From Candidatus Krumholzibacteriia bacterium (GTDB taxonomy: Bacteria; Krumholzibacteriota; Krumholzibacteriia; Krumholzibacteriales; Krumholzibacteriaceae), in contig CAWIIQ010000001.1 of the NCBI GenBank assembly GCA_963836185.1, positions 160,001 to 224,000 on the forward strand: a stretch of DNA of 64,000 nt, given 5' to 3'. Numbering within the stretch: the first letter of the stretch is position 1; each line of letters begins with the position of its first letter. Shown here in pieces: positions 24,480-35,400 of this stretch. Below the pieces are notes generated by a model. It ran no database searches, had not been told where the DNA came from, and was given only the letters and a program-made list of their open reading frames with translations. The translations under genes and the position numbers were made by a program.

Positions 24480-24524
24480 TTGACAGGCAACGATACGAGT
24501 AGTATCTTTACTATGGTTATAGTA
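24480..24524 (+). promoter_or_regulatory. sigma70 promoter plus BlaI/MecI-type operator
   Basis: TTGACA-17 nt-TATCTT (24480-24508), immediately followed by the palindrome TACTAT-GGTT-ATAGTA (24509-24524). Confidence 0.78.
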
Positions 24525-24551
24525 GAACGGCCGGTTTCACAGGGAGAGGCT

Positions 24552-24950
24552 ATGGCAGGACAGGATAAACTCACTCCCGTCGAATGGGAAATAATGGAGG
24601 CGGTCTGGGCCCTGGGCGAGGCTCCCTCGGTCCGGGAAGTACTCGAGAATGCCTTTCCGAATGGTGAGAAGGCATACACGACTGTTCAGACGGTCATGAA
24701 CATACTCGAGAGAAAAGGATTCCTCGAAAGGAAGAAGACGGGGATGGTCAACTTCTACAGGCCGCTCCGCTCAAGGGAAGATATGGAGCGCGAGGAGATG
24801 TCATCTATCGTCGCGAGGATATTCGGGGGATCGAAGCCGGCACTGGCCAGCTCGCTTCTCTCCCTCGAGGGGCTCGAGCTCGGCGAGCTCGAGCAGATAA
24901 AGGAAATGCTGGCCAGGCGCGAGAAGGAGCTGAAGGAGGATACGAAATGA
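24552..24950 (+). CDS. BlaI/MecI/CopY family repressor
   Basis: LTPVEWEIMEAVW, AYTTVQTVMNILERKGFL, IFGGS. GGAGAGG RBS before ATG 24552. Confidence 0.92.
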   Translation: MAGQDKLTPVEWEIMEAVWALGEAPSVREVLENAFPNGEKAYTTVQTVMNILERKGFLERKKTGMVNFYRPLRSREDMEREEMSSIVARIFGGSKPALASSLLSLEGLELGELEQIKEMLARREKELKEDTK

Positions 24951-26551
24951 TCCAGATGCTCAACAGCGCCGGAGCGACCTGGGGGGAGTTCTTTCTTCTC
25001 GCCGTAGTGCAGAACACGATATTTCTCGGTCTTGTCATCGCGGCTCTTCATATTTTCCGCAACGCGCCGGCCCGGGTGAGATATCTCATAGCTTTCACCG
25101 GTCTTGTGAAACTCGTGCTGCCCCCATTCCTGCGTATCCCTTCGATCATGACGATTCCGGAGGAGGGTGTCGGTGGTTACGGCAGCGTGATACCGTTTGT
25201 GAACGGTTCTGAAAGCGGATCGGTCTCGACGGTCATATCGGCAGGAGAGAATCTCACTGCTGCCGGAGTGTTTCTCGGGATCTGGGCCATTGTCGTTATT
25301 GCGGGGTTGGTCCTTCCCGTAGCGGCATCGGTCAGGCTCGCGCTGAAGTTGAGAAAAGCAGGACCTGTAGATCCAGGGGATATTCCCTGGATATCAGGTA
25401 TCGGGAACGTGCGGATCCTCAGGTCCGATCGCATCGCGATGCCGATCACCGTAGCCTATCTGCCGGGTCGCATATATGTCCCGATGGCATGGGACGAATG
25501 GACCATGAGCTGCCGCAGGATGGTCCTGATGCACGAGAAGGCCCACATGCAGAGACATGACGGACTCGTACTTATAATGCAGATAATCGCGAGAGCGATC
25601 TATTTTTTCCATCCGCTCGTCGCAATCCTCGATCGCAGGCTCTCCGAGTACAGGGAGATGGCATGCGACGACGCGACGGTAGGAGGGGACAGAGACTCCG
25701 GTGTGGAGTATTCCAGGTACCTGGTTGAAATCGCCGAATCGATCGTACGGGGTCCTTCCGTATGCGGCTCGGCGTCCGCCCTGATCAGGCGGAAGAATGA
25801 ACTGCTCAGAAGAGTAAGTTATCAGCTCGAGGAGGGCAGAATGCGTTCCATTTCAAAGACCAGGATAATGATACTGATGGCGGCGATAGTGCTGCTGGCA
25901 GTATCCCTTTCGTGGTACCGCGGCGAGGCGGATACCATTGACCCGCAACCGGCACCTCCGGTGCAGCCGGATCCTGCGGCACATCCCGCTCCCGTCGCGC
26001 CTCCGTCGCAGGAGAACTCAAAGAGGGCGATCAACGTGTCGCTCGCGAGCGATGGAGCCGAGGTCGACGGAAAGTCGATCGATTTGTCACTGCTCGTTGA
26101 GGCGCTCAAGTCAGTGGGAGGAGATGACCCGGAGAACGTCATGGTGAGGTTCGTATGTGCCGATGATGTGTCGATGGGGCAGGTCCGCATGTTTCACGAA
26201 GCCTTGGGAGAGGCCGGTATCGACAAGATCCGGTACGGTAAAAGTGATGGTGAGGGACTTACCATCCAGCTTCCGCCCCGGGAGGCGCTCGACCGGCTGG
26301 CGGAAATGCCGGAAACAATGATCATCGATGTGGTGGTCGGAAAGAACGGCGGTGTCGTTGTCGGTGCCCGGAATGTGGAGATAGATGAGCTGAAGGGTGT
26401 TATCGAAAAGAAACTCGAAGAGACACCTGTTGCTATCGTCGTGATCCACAATGATGAGGCAACGAGTTACGGTGATTTCACGAAGGTGCTTGCGCTGGCC
26501 AAGAAGGCGGGTGCGGAGCGGATCGTTGTTAAGTACGGAAAAGAAGAGTAA
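24947..26551 (+). CDS. BlaR1/MecR1-type M56 metallopeptidase sensor with two C-terminal ExbD/TolR-like domains
   Basis: TM helices, VLMHEKAHMQRHD, YFFHP, REMACDD, a Pro-rich linker, and two ExbD-like units (ADDVSMGQV...AGIDKI; NDEATSYGDFTKVL...AGAERI). Confidence 0.85.
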   Translation: MIQMLNSAGATWGEFFLLAVVQNTIFLGLVIAALHIFRNAPARVRYLIAFTGLVKLVLPPFLRIPSIMTIPEEGVGGYGSVIPFVNGSESGSVSTVISAGENLTAAGVFLGIWAIVVIAGLVLPVAASVRLALKLRKAGPVDPGDIPWISGIGNVRILRSDRIAMPITVAYLPGRIYVPMAWDEWTMSCRRMVLMHEKAHMQRHDGLVLIMQIIARAIYFFHPLVAILDRRLSEYREMACDDATVGGDRDSGVEYSRYLVEIAESIVRGPSVCGSASALIRRKNELLRRVSYQLEEGRMRSISKTRIMILMAAIVLLAVSLSWYRGEADTIDPQPAPPVQPDPAAHPAPVAPPSQENSKRAINVSLASDGAEVDGKSIDLSLLVEALKSVGGDDPENVMVRFVCADDVSMGQVRMFHEALGEAGIDKIRYGKSDGEGLTIQLPPREALDRLAEMPETMIIDVVVGKNGGVVVGARNVEIDELKGVIEKKLEETPVAIVVIHNDEATSYGDFTKVLALAKKAGAERIVVKYGKEE

Positions 26552-26554
26552 CGT

Positions 26555-26587
26555 AAAAAGGGGCTTCCGGATCATCCGGAAGCCCCT
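26555..26587 (-). terminator. Terminator between convergent genes
   Basis: 13-bp perfect stem AGGGGCTTCCGGA-TCA-TCCGGAAGCCCCT, with the U tract on the minus strand. Confidence 0.85.
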
Positions 26588-26595
26588 GGCATCTT

Positions 26596-29500
26596 CTACT
26601 CGTACTTGAAAGACTTGTCTGGATATTTCGGGGGATCGGGTACGTCGACCGGCTCTTTCTTTATCAGCTCCTTGAGGTGCTTTATCGCCGCGTCGAGCTG
26701 GGCGTCCTTCCCCTTGAAAGTGGCATGAGGCAGGTTGTCGACTATGATGTCGGGGTCTACGCCATGCCCCTCGATCAGCCACTCGCCCTCCGGGCCGTAG
26801 ACTCCTGTCTCGGCGGCCGAAGCCATTCCCCTGTCGGCAAGCCATGTCCTCATCGAGAGCCATATCTCGCCTCCCCACGTCCTCGTTCCGATCACCTTGC
26901 CCAGGTCGAGACGCCTGAACCCCTCGGTGAAAGCCTCGCCGTCGGAAGCGGTGCGCTCGTTGCAGAGAACGACGATGTGTCCCCTGAAGGCGTACTGCAT
27001 GTTCCATGTCGGAGAGCCCTTGCGCGGCTTCCAGTAGAACCATGCCTGGCGGATCAGCTTCTCGAGTATCCAGCTGTCGATATTGCCGCCGCGGTTGTGG
27101 CGTACGTCGATGATCAGCCCCTTGCGGTTGAAAACGGGATAGAAGTTGCGCACCCACTCGGAATAGTTTCCTCCGCCCATCGCGCGGAGGTGGACATATC
27201 CGATATCACCGTCCCCTTCTTCCTCGACTATCATCCGGCGCGTATACTCCCATTCGTTATAGCGGAGGTTGCTCTCCTGCCTCGGCGTGATCGGCTTTAC
27301 CACCGTCTCGACCGTCTCCTTCTTTCCTTTCGGCATGATTGTGAGAAGGACCTGCCTGTCAGCCTGGTTTTTCAGGAGCACGGCCGGGTCCTCTACGCTG
27401 AGGACTGAGATCCCGTTGATCGCAGTGATGACGTCGCCCTCGCCCGCCTTTACTTCCGGCCTCGCGAGAGGGGAGAGGTACTCGGGGTAATCGGGCTCTG
27501 TCTGGTAGATATGCTCGATCCTGTACCCTCCGGCCTTCTCGTCCCTTGTCAGCCTGGCGCCGAGCGAGGCGGGGCTGACCTGGTCCTCACCGCTGCGCCG
27601 GTCGCCTCCGAAGACGAAAGTGTGAAGGGCGGAGAGTTCGCCGACGAGATGAGCGATCAGGTCGTTGAGCTCGTTACGGTCGGTGACACGGTCGACGACG
27701 GGCAGATGCCTCTCGAGCAGGCCTTCGTAGTCTACGCCGTGCATGCCGGGATCGTAGAAGAAATCCCGCTCGAGGCGCCACGCCTCGATGAACATCTGTC
27801 GCCACTCATCGCGCGGTATCACCGAGAAATTCCAGGCGGAGAGGTCGACCTTCTCCTTCGCGAGTTTCGACGGGGGAGAGGTCGAGGCGTCTATGACATA
27901 GACGCTGCTGCCCTTGCGAACGATCAGTTTCTTTCCGTCGCCCGAGATGTCGTATCCGGTTACGCCGTCGAGCAGGGTCTTCGTCTCGATATCGTCGTTT
28001 GTTATCCCTATAGCCTTGAGGTTGCGTTTCCCCTCGTATGTGATCTCGCGGTCGACGACAAAGATCGCCTTGTCGTTGACCTTCATGCTCGAGTAAGCGC
28101 CGGCGGGAACGGGGACCTCGACCGCACGTTCGATGAGGCCATCGAGCTCTATCTCGACCTTAATGCCGTCGTCTTTCTCCTTCTCGTCATCCTTTTTCTT
28201 ATTTTCATCCTTTTTATCGTCCCCGTCCTTCTTTCCATTCTTCTCAGCGAGGTAGACCTCGTCATCGGGGAGGAAGGGCGAGCGCAGACCGGACTGAAGC
28301 GCTGTCATGTAGATCTTCGTCGTCTTGTCGAAGAAGGGCTCAGGCTGTCGTGGCCCCCACGGGGACCGAACGAGCGACCTGAAATTCCTGTCGGAGAGGA
28401 AATATATCCACTTGCCGTCGGGGGACCAGACAGGGTTCTCGCTGTCGACACGGTCGGTCGTCATAATCGTGATCTTGCCCGTGTCGAGACTGTAGAGATG
28501 TATCCGTGAATGCTGGTTCTCCGCGTTCGCCACGTAAGCGAGCCACCTGCTGTCGGGGGACCACGCGAATCCGTAGAAGCCGTATCGCTCGGAGGTGGCG
28601 ATACGCTTGTTCTTCTTCTTTTCGACGTCGTAGATCCAGAGCTCATAGTTCTTGTCATCGTAGACGAAATGCTTGCCGTCGGGGGACGGGACCCCTTCAT
28701 ACCGGAAGACTTTTCCGTCCGAGGTGAGAGCCTCCTCCATCCCCGGCACGATGGCGTCGAGCTTGACGAACTCGAGTTCACCTGTCTCGTCCGAGAGGGC
28801 GAGGATCGACTTGCCGTCAGGCATGAAGGCGGCATTGCGGTACCGCACGCTGTTTTTCCTCGTGACCTGGGCGAGACGGCCTTTCTTTACCGGCGCGGTA
28901 AATACGAGCCCGCGGGCTGTCATGACGATGCGGCTGGCGTCGTGAGAGATGCCGAGCGAGGTCATGTAGTTGACCGGGTTTTTCACCCATCGTTCCCTTG
29001 TCTGGTCGAAATCGGAGGCGAGGGTGATATCCAGCCTGCTGTCCTCGCCCTTTTCAATGTCGTAGAGGAAGAGGTCGGCGACTCTCTGGTAGACGATCTT
29101 TCCGCCGTGCAGCGAGGGATGGTTGATATCCCATCCGCTGTGAGTCGTGTGCTGCACGAGATCTCCGCCTGATTCGTCCATCGACCAGATATTCATCGTG
29201 CCGTCACGGTCGGTCACGAAGTATACGCGGCCGTTCCACCACATCGCCGCCTTGCTCGTGCCGGTGTAGTCGGCGGTCAGGGGGACGGCCTCGTTCTTGC
29301 CGGGGCCGAACTTCCACAGGTTCTGCGCCGTGCCCCCTGTGTACCTCTTCGTCTGGCTCCCCTGGAACGGCAGCCTGGTGAAATAGAGGGCGCCGTCACC
29401 GCCGTACGATCCGTCGCTCGCCTGCGCGAGAGGAACGAGCTCGATATTCCCCGAGTCGAGATCGATCGCGGCGAGCTGCATGTCCGGCAGGGTAGAGAAT

Positions 29501-29871
29501 TTATACGTGCTGTACAGGATCCTGCCGTCGGGCGTCCATCCGGAGACAAGAGCGGTTCCGCCCTCGAATGTCCGCCTGACGGGGAGCCCGCCGTCTACAG
29601 GTATCGTGTAGACCTCGGTCGGGCCTTCGTACTGGGCGGAGAAGGCGATGAGGGTCCCGTCGGGGGAGATCTCGGCGTTCGTCTCCTGGCCGTGGTGTGT
29701 GGTAAGGCGCCTCGCCATCCCGCCATCGGCGCCGACGATCCATAGGTCGCCCTCGGCGGTGAATACGATCGTATCGTCGTGTATGGCGGGGAACCTGTAG
29801 TAGCCGAGGTTGCCCGCGGCGTTGAGCGTTACAGGTATGATCAGAAAGAGAAGCAGAAGAAGGCGTTTCAT
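26596..29871 (-). CDS. Tricorn protease homolog (S41, beta-propellers and PDZ), secreted
   Basis: Signal peptide, GYYRFPAIH, SPDG repeats, VGELSALH, IIDVRHNRGG, TASDGE, GTRTWGG, IEGHGVDPDI. Confidence 0.95.
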   Translation of the reverse strand: MKRLLLLLFLIIPVTLNAAGNLGYYRFPAIHDDTIVFTAEGDLWIVGADGGMARRLTTHHGQETNAEISPDGTLIAFSAQYEGPTEVYTIPVDGGLPVRRTFEGGTALVSGWTPDGRILYSTYKFSTLPDMQLAAIDLDSGNIELVPLAQASDGSYGGDGALYFTRLPFQGSQTKRYTGGTAQNLWKFGPGKNEAVPLTADYTGTSKAAMWWNGRVYFVTDRDGTMNIWSMDESGGDLVQHTTHSGWDINHPSLHGGKIVYQRVADLFLYDIEKGEDSRLDITLASDFDQTRERWVKNPVNYMTSLGISHDASRIVMTARGLVFTAPVKKGRLAQVTRKNSVRYRNAAFMPDGKSILALSDETGELEFVKLDAIVPGMEEALTSDGKVFRYEGVPSPDGKHFVYDDKNYELWIYDVEKKKNKRIATSERYGFYGFAWSPDSRWLAYVANAENQHSRIHLYSLDTGKITIMTTDRVDSENPVWSPDGKWIYFLSDRNFRSLVRSPWGPRQPEPFFDKTTKIYMTALQSGLRSPFLPDDEVYLAEKNGKKDGDDKKDENKKKDDEKEKDDGIKVEIELDGLIERAVEVPVPAGAYSSMKVNDKAIFVVDREITYEGKRNLKAIGITNDDIETKTLLDGVTGYDISGDGKKLIVRKGSSVYVIDASTSPPSKLAKEKVDLSAWNFSVIPRDEWRQMFIEAWRLERDFFYDPGMHGVDYEGLLERHLPVVDRVTDRNELNDLIAHLVGELSALHTFVFGGDRRSGEDQVSPASLGARLTRDEKAGGYRIEHIYQTEPDYPEYLSPLARPEVKAGEGDVITAINGISVLSVEDPAVLLKNQADRQVLLTIMPKGKKETVETVVKPITPRQESNLRYNEWEYTRRMIVEEEGDGDIGYVHLRAMGGGNYSEWVRNFYPVFNRKGLIIDVRHNRGGNIDSWILEKLIRQAWFYWKPRKGSPTWNMQYAFRGHIVVLCNERTASDGEAFTEGFRRLDLGKVIGTRTWGGEIWLSMRTWLADRGMASAAETGVYGPEGEWLIEGHGVDPDIIVDNLPHATFKGKDAQLDAAIKHLKELIKKEPVDVPDPPKYPDKSFKYE

Positions 29872-29994
29872 CCTTACCCCCTGGGAGAGTTGATAGAAGC
29901 CGCCCGGGCACGGCTGGGTTTGTGAACTGTGGACTGAGGATTATACAACAGGGAGACGGGGATGAATCCAGAAATGTTTCAGCGGCGGGCCTGG

Positions 29995-30261
29995 CTATCT
30001 CAATATCATTCCGATTATCGCGAAGATGAGGGCGAGGTTCATCGCCGTTATATATACGTAGAACCACGGGCCTGCGTGGCCGTTCTCGTTCTCGCTCGAT
30101 GTGATGACCTGGTAGTCATGGACGTACTTGATGATCATCATCCTGAAGAAGATGAAGCTGATCTTGTGGCCGCGGGCAGAGAGGAATGAGGCGATTTTTA
30201 TCGCCGAGACAATACCCACTGCGATGCTGACCAGTGCCGCCGCCAGAAATAAGGTACTCAT
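29995..30261 (-). CDS. Small membrane hypothetical protein
   Basis: 88 aa with 2-3 hydrophobic segments and an AGGAGG RBS. Confidence 0.7.
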   Translation of the reverse strand: MSTLFLAAALVSIAVGIVSAIKIASFLSARGHKISFIFFRMMIIKYVHDYQVITSSENENGHAGPWFYVYITAMNLALIFAIIGMILR

Positions 30262-30366
30262 GTCGCCCCTCCTTTAGACTGTTCCCGTGTTCCGTGAAGG
30301 AGACGCGCCGCTGTCGGGCGGCGCGACATCCTTCATTCATTACAGATTACAACCTGTGGGCAGTAA

Positions 30367-31668
30367 TTATTCAATATCAATCGTCTCCGCCCGAAGATCG
30401 CCGTAGATGACCCTCCAGCGGCCGTCCTCGAGTTTCCAGCGCATCAGGACCTTGTCGTGATCGGTGGCTCCGACTGTAGCGCCGTTATATTCGACTTCTA
30501 CGCCCTTCTCCACCATCCCGGCGTAGAATGTGCTGAGACCGCGGACCTTGAAGAAGACCTTTATCTCGTCAGGGCCCCACTCTCCATCTTCCTGGAGACG
30601 GTCGCGGTCCTTGCGGATCTCGCTCGCCGCCGTGTCGAAGGCGGGATCGCCGGGGTACCTTCCGTTTGAAAGGGTAGCGTAGGCCCGGAGTCCCTCGATC
30701 GCTCCTTCCTCGCCGTCCTTTGTTTCGCCGAAATCGAGGGTGCCGTATCCATCGGGGACCTCGAATTCGAAATCCTCCTTCGACAGGGACGCGTTCCACT
30801 GGAAGTCGGTGTATTTCTCGCGGACATCGACCTTTCCATCGTCCGACCTGAACTCCCTCTCTATCAGCACGGGCCAGTTCGTCGACGCGTCGACCCAGAG
30901 GCGGACCGAGCCCTCCTCGTACTGTCCGGCCCACATCGCCGGGTCGTCGACCTCGATCCCCGAGGCGGTGACTCCGTCGATCTCACGGGTGCCTATCTCC
31001 TCGTAGTCGTAAGAGTGGAAATACTCGACCATATCCTGTGCGCTGGTCATGTCGGTCAGGCTCTTTGCGTCGCGGCCTGTCAGGCCGATCGTCACGTATG
31101 CCTCGTCCTTGTGATGGAGGAGGTGGACCTCCTTTTCACCTGCCCTCAAAAAGGTTTCGGCGGAGAGCTTGCCGTCGATGTACATGACCTTCTTCTGACC
31201 AAATTTTTTCGAATGATAGGCTATTATTTCCATGCTGTCCCAGGGGGTCGCCACCCGGTCTATCCGGCAGATGAAATCCTGCGCGTCGCGGACCTGGGCG
31301 ATGACATCCGCCCACGCGACGTCGCCGCTTCCGCCCCTGAATATGACGTTCCATCCGACTAACAGGACAAGCGCGGCTGCCGCGGCCAGAGCGATCCTTA
31401 CCGGCCAACTCAATGACGTTCTTTTTCTGCTCTCAGTCTGCGCTGCGATAGATTCCATGACTCGTTCCTCCAGCTGTTCGATCCTCGTGTCCATAGATCG
31501 AGTCATTCCGGTCAGCAGCATGTCGTCCTCGAGAAGAGCGTCGCGGTACTCCCTGCACACGGCGCATTCGGCGATGTGTTCCTCGATTCCCGCGGTCTCT
31601 TCGGCGGGAAGTTCCGAGTGCAGCATCTCCTCGAGTTTTTCCTGGATCTCGACGCAGCGGTCGTTCAT
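30367..31668 (-). CDS. Transmembrane anti-sigma factor (zf-HC2) with periplasmic LolA-like region
   Basis: HIAECAVC, TM helix IALAAAAALVLLVGW, AWADV motif. Start overlaps the ECF gene stop. Confidence 0.85.
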   Translation of the reverse strand: MNDRCVEIQEKLEEMLHSELPAEETAGIEEHIAECAVCREYRDALLEDDMLLTGMTRSMDTRIEQLEERVMESIAAQTESRKRTSLSWPVRIALAAAAALVLLVGWNVIFRGGSGDVAWADVIAQVRDAQDFICRIDRVATPWDSMEIIAYHSKKFGQKKVMYIDGKLSAETFLRAGEKEVHLLHHKDEAYVTIGLTGRDAKSLTDMTSAQDMVEYFHSYDYEEIGTREIDGVTASGIEVDDPAMWAGQYEEGSVRLWVDASTNWPVLIEREFRSDDGKVDVREKYTDFQWNASLSKEDFEFEVPDGYGTLDFGETKDGEEGAIEGLRAYATLSNGRYPGDPAFDTAASEIRKDRDRLQEDGEWGPDEIKVFFKVRGLSTFYAGMVEKGVEVEYNGATVGATDHDKVLMRWKLEDGRWRVIYGDLRAETIDIE

Positions 31669-32207
31669 TTCGAACCTGCCTGTTTCTCAAGGATCCTGCG
31701 CAGTTTCCTGCGCGCCCTGCTCAGCCTTGTGCACGCTCCGGCGTGGCTTATCTCGAGTTCCTCCGAAAGCTTCTTCGCGCTCTTTCCATCGAAGTAGAAT
31801 AGCATCAGCGGAGTGCGGTACTGCTCCGGGAGTTCGGCCAGAGCCTCGTGCAGCGCCGAATAGTCATCGGCATCCGGCTGCGGGTCTTTCATTCTTTCTT
31901 CCAGGAGCTCACGGCGCCTCGCTCTGACCCGGATATGATCGCGGCAGAGGTTTCTCGCGATGTGTGTGATCCACGGCCCGAACGATTCACCACTGCGAAG
32001 GGCGCCGATGCTCGAGAATCCCTTTACAAAGGTTTCCTGCGCTATATCGTCGCTGTCTGTCGTGTTTCCCAGGATTCCGATGCACACGGCGTAGACCCTT
32101 CTCGAATGCCTCCGGACCAGGCCGGCGAATGCCTGCCTGTCCCCGTCTCGGCTTGCTGTGACCAGATACTCGTCTGTTCTCTCGTTCACGGGAGCTCCCT
32201 TTCTCAC
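31665..32207 (-). CDS. ECF RNA polymerase sigma factor
   Basis: GDRQAFAGLVRRH, DDIAQETF, FGPWITHIARN, LPEQYR, TRLSRARRKL. Confidence 0.93.
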   Translation of the reverse strand: MRKGAPVNERTDEYLVTASRDGDRQAFAGLVRRHSRRVYAVCIGILGNTTDSDDIAQETFVKGFSSIGALRSGESFGPWITHIARNLCRDHIRVRARRRELLEERMKDPQPDADDYSALHEALAELPEQYRTPLMLFYFDGKSAKKLSEELEISHAGACTRLSRARRKLRRILEKQAGSK

Positions 32208-32462
32208 ATACAGGACGAGTGGGAGGGCCGGATCATGTCAGGAATATTGTTCTGATAATGTCCGCGAGGAGTGTATCATACCCGAAACCCCTATTTGCAA
32301 TCTTTACATATTCGGCGGGAATATGATATAATCCCTGTATAAGTGGTGAAAAAACAACTTCTTGCATTTTAAATACGAGCGATGGCCGTCCAATAACATT
32401 CTGTCGGGTGTCAACGTTGGATTACATCATGGTACTGCCCGGAAAGGAGCCCGTTACCGATC

Positions 32463-35400
32463 ATGATCGATAATCCCCTTCGGCCGATTCCGGGACTCGT
32501 ATATCTCCTTGTCTCTATCACGCTGATCGTGCTCATCTGCCCGGCTCCCCTTCATGCGCAGGACCCGGTGATGGATTTTATTATCGCCGCTGACTCGATC
32601 TACCGGGACAGCGGTGAAGACGCGCTGGCGTGGTATGTCGGTGAAAACAAAGCCATCGTCGGTGCGGCGGTCCATCAGCTGATAGATATCGCGATCATCG
32701 TCGGCGATCAGGGAAGCGCCGCCGATGAGAAGGACAATATGGAATTTGCCGCGATCGTCGCCCGCATCTACCGTGATGCCGGGGGAGACCCGGCACCGTT
32801 CGACCTGGTCGGTGTCTACCGCGGGTGGACCCCCGGGCAGCGGAAGTCCCGGGCGAAGGCGAAGGCTCTCGAGGAGGAGGCGGCCGAAGCCCGCAAGGCC
32901 AAAGAGTACGAAAAGGCAGCAGGCCTCTTCGCGCAGGCGCTGGATATATACAGAGAGACAGGCGACACGTATTCCGAGGCGATAGTCTACGGGAGTTACG
33001 GCGTCCTCTACTGGTACGCCGGCGATTTCGATTCGGTTTTCGAATATTACAGGCAGGCCCTGGCGGCCCGCCGCGTGATAGACGACGGTATCCTCGAGGG
33101 AAGGACTCTCAACGGTATCGGCACGGCCAATTTTATCACTGGCAGGTACGATTCGGCTGAAGTCTATTATCGCCGGGCGATCGATCTGCGGCGCGAAACG
33201 GGTGATCTGGGAGGACTGGGCACATCGCTGACATATCTCGGAAATACATACTCGAGGATGGGACGTCTCTCCGCCGCCCGCGATTCTTACGAGGAGGCCG
33301 CACTCCTCGTAGGGAGCCTCGGGAACGAGACCCAGCAGATGGACCTGCTCAACAGTGTGGCGAACCTCTACGCGGAGATGGGCAGGCTCTCCAGGTCGGA
33401 CGAATCGTACCGCGAGGCGCTCGGTATCGCTGTTTCAACGCAGAACGTTCCGTACGAGATCGCGATCCGGATGAACATCTCGCTCAACGCCGTCAACGAG
33501 GAACGATACGGAGAGGCGATGAGGGAACTCGATACGGTCGGCACGCTGCTCGAGAGCACCCCCGATCCGGTATATTCGGCTGAACTCTTCAAGGTCCGCG
33601 GACGCGTCTATTACAAGACCGGTGAGCTCGAACACGCGAGGGACGATCTGCTCGCCTTTCTCGCCGCGGCGAAGGAGCTCGAGAATCCCGTGCTCGAGAC
33701 CGAGGCGATGGTGAACATTGGGTACCTCTACTTCGGCCTGAGAGCGTTCGACAGGGGACTGGTTTTCGCCGATTCGGCCCTGGTGAAGGCCGGGCAGCTC
33801 GATTCAGCCGAGCTGCTGAACCATGCCCATTCCCTCGCGGCTCAGCTTGAAGAAGCGCGCGGAAACTATCCGGAGGCCCTCGGCCACTGGAAGTCGGCCC
33901 TCGAGTTCAACCGGGAAGCGGGGGCGGAACAATGGATGGTCCTCGACGAGATCGGCATAGCGACAGTCACGGCCCGGTCCGGTGAGACGGAAAAGGCCCG
34001 GGGCCTCTTCATCGGCCTTCTTCCGCGCGTCCGCGAGACAGGGATGAACGAGCTCGAATCGAATATATGGATGGGGATAGCGCATACTTTCGAGGATTCT
34101 GATCCTGACAGCGCGAAACACTATTACAAGCGCGCCCTGTCGTTGATAGAAGAGACAGGTATGGAAACGGAAAGCGCGGAGCTCGGCGCTGGCCTTCTCG
34201 GCGGGTCGGTCAGATTCTACTACGAAGAGGTCGCGCGGTATTTCGCCCGGATGGCCGCACGGACGGGAGATGAGGAGTGGTCCTCGGAGGCGTTCAGTAC
34301 GATCGAAAGGGCAAAGTCGAGAGGGCTTCTCGAGCTCCTCGAATCCTCGCTCTCCATGGAGTATTCCGGTCAGGAGGATGCGGTCCTCGATTCGATATAT
34401 GGCCTCGATCCGGCATCGGCATCTTACAGGGCGGACCTTGAAAGGCTCGAGCGCGACTACAGGAATATAAGAGAGGATAGGGTCGCGGCGGCGACAGGGA
34501 ACCTTTCCGCCGCCACGGATATCGTCGACCTCGGATCGGTCAGCGATCTGCTGCCGAAGAAGACGGTGATGTTCGCCTACGCGCTTGGGGACAGCGCCTC
34601 GCAGCTCTGGGTCATCGACCGCAAGGGGCACGATCTCTACGAGCTCCCGGGAAGGGCCGAGCTGTCCCGTGACACCGGCATGCTTGCCGAGGCTCTTGTC
34701 AGGCCTGGAGCGGGCGACGCGCGCCTGAAAGGGCAGGCCCGGAAACTGTACAGGACGCTGATCGAGCCCGGCGGCAGGCGTCTCGAGAAAGCGAAGTATC
34801 TCGTCATCGTTCCAGACGGGTGCCTCTTCGAAATCCCCTTCGAGGTACTGCTCGAGGAGGATATCGATGAGGGCGCCGCGTGGGACGGTATGCCTTTCCT
34901 GGCCCGATCGCGTTCCCTGATCTACGCCCCCTCGGCGTCTGTCTTCGTGGGGCTCCGCGGGAAGAAGAGGATGAAGAAGTACGATACGGATATCCTGGCT
35001 GCCGGTGATCCCGACTATTCATACCTCGGTGAAGGCAGTGAGCGTCCTTTAAGGCCGCTTCCCAATACCCGCGCGGAGGTCGAGGGGATCTCAGGACTAT
35101 TCAAGGAAGATAGGCGGATAATACTTACCGGTACCGGGGCGAGCGAAGCCGCGATAAAGAGGAACATCACCGATCATCCTTCACGCATGATACATATCGC
35201 GGCGCACGGCCTGGTCGACCCCGTAACGCCGGCCGCATCGAGCATCGCCCTTTCGGCCTCGCCGGGCGACGGGGAGGACGGCTTTCTTCATACGCTCGAG
35301 ATACTCGCGCTGCCCGTCGAGTCTCGCCTCGTCGTACTCTCGGCATGTGAAACGGCGACCGGCCGCGTGAGCAGGGGAGAGGGCGTCGTCGGATTAAGCA

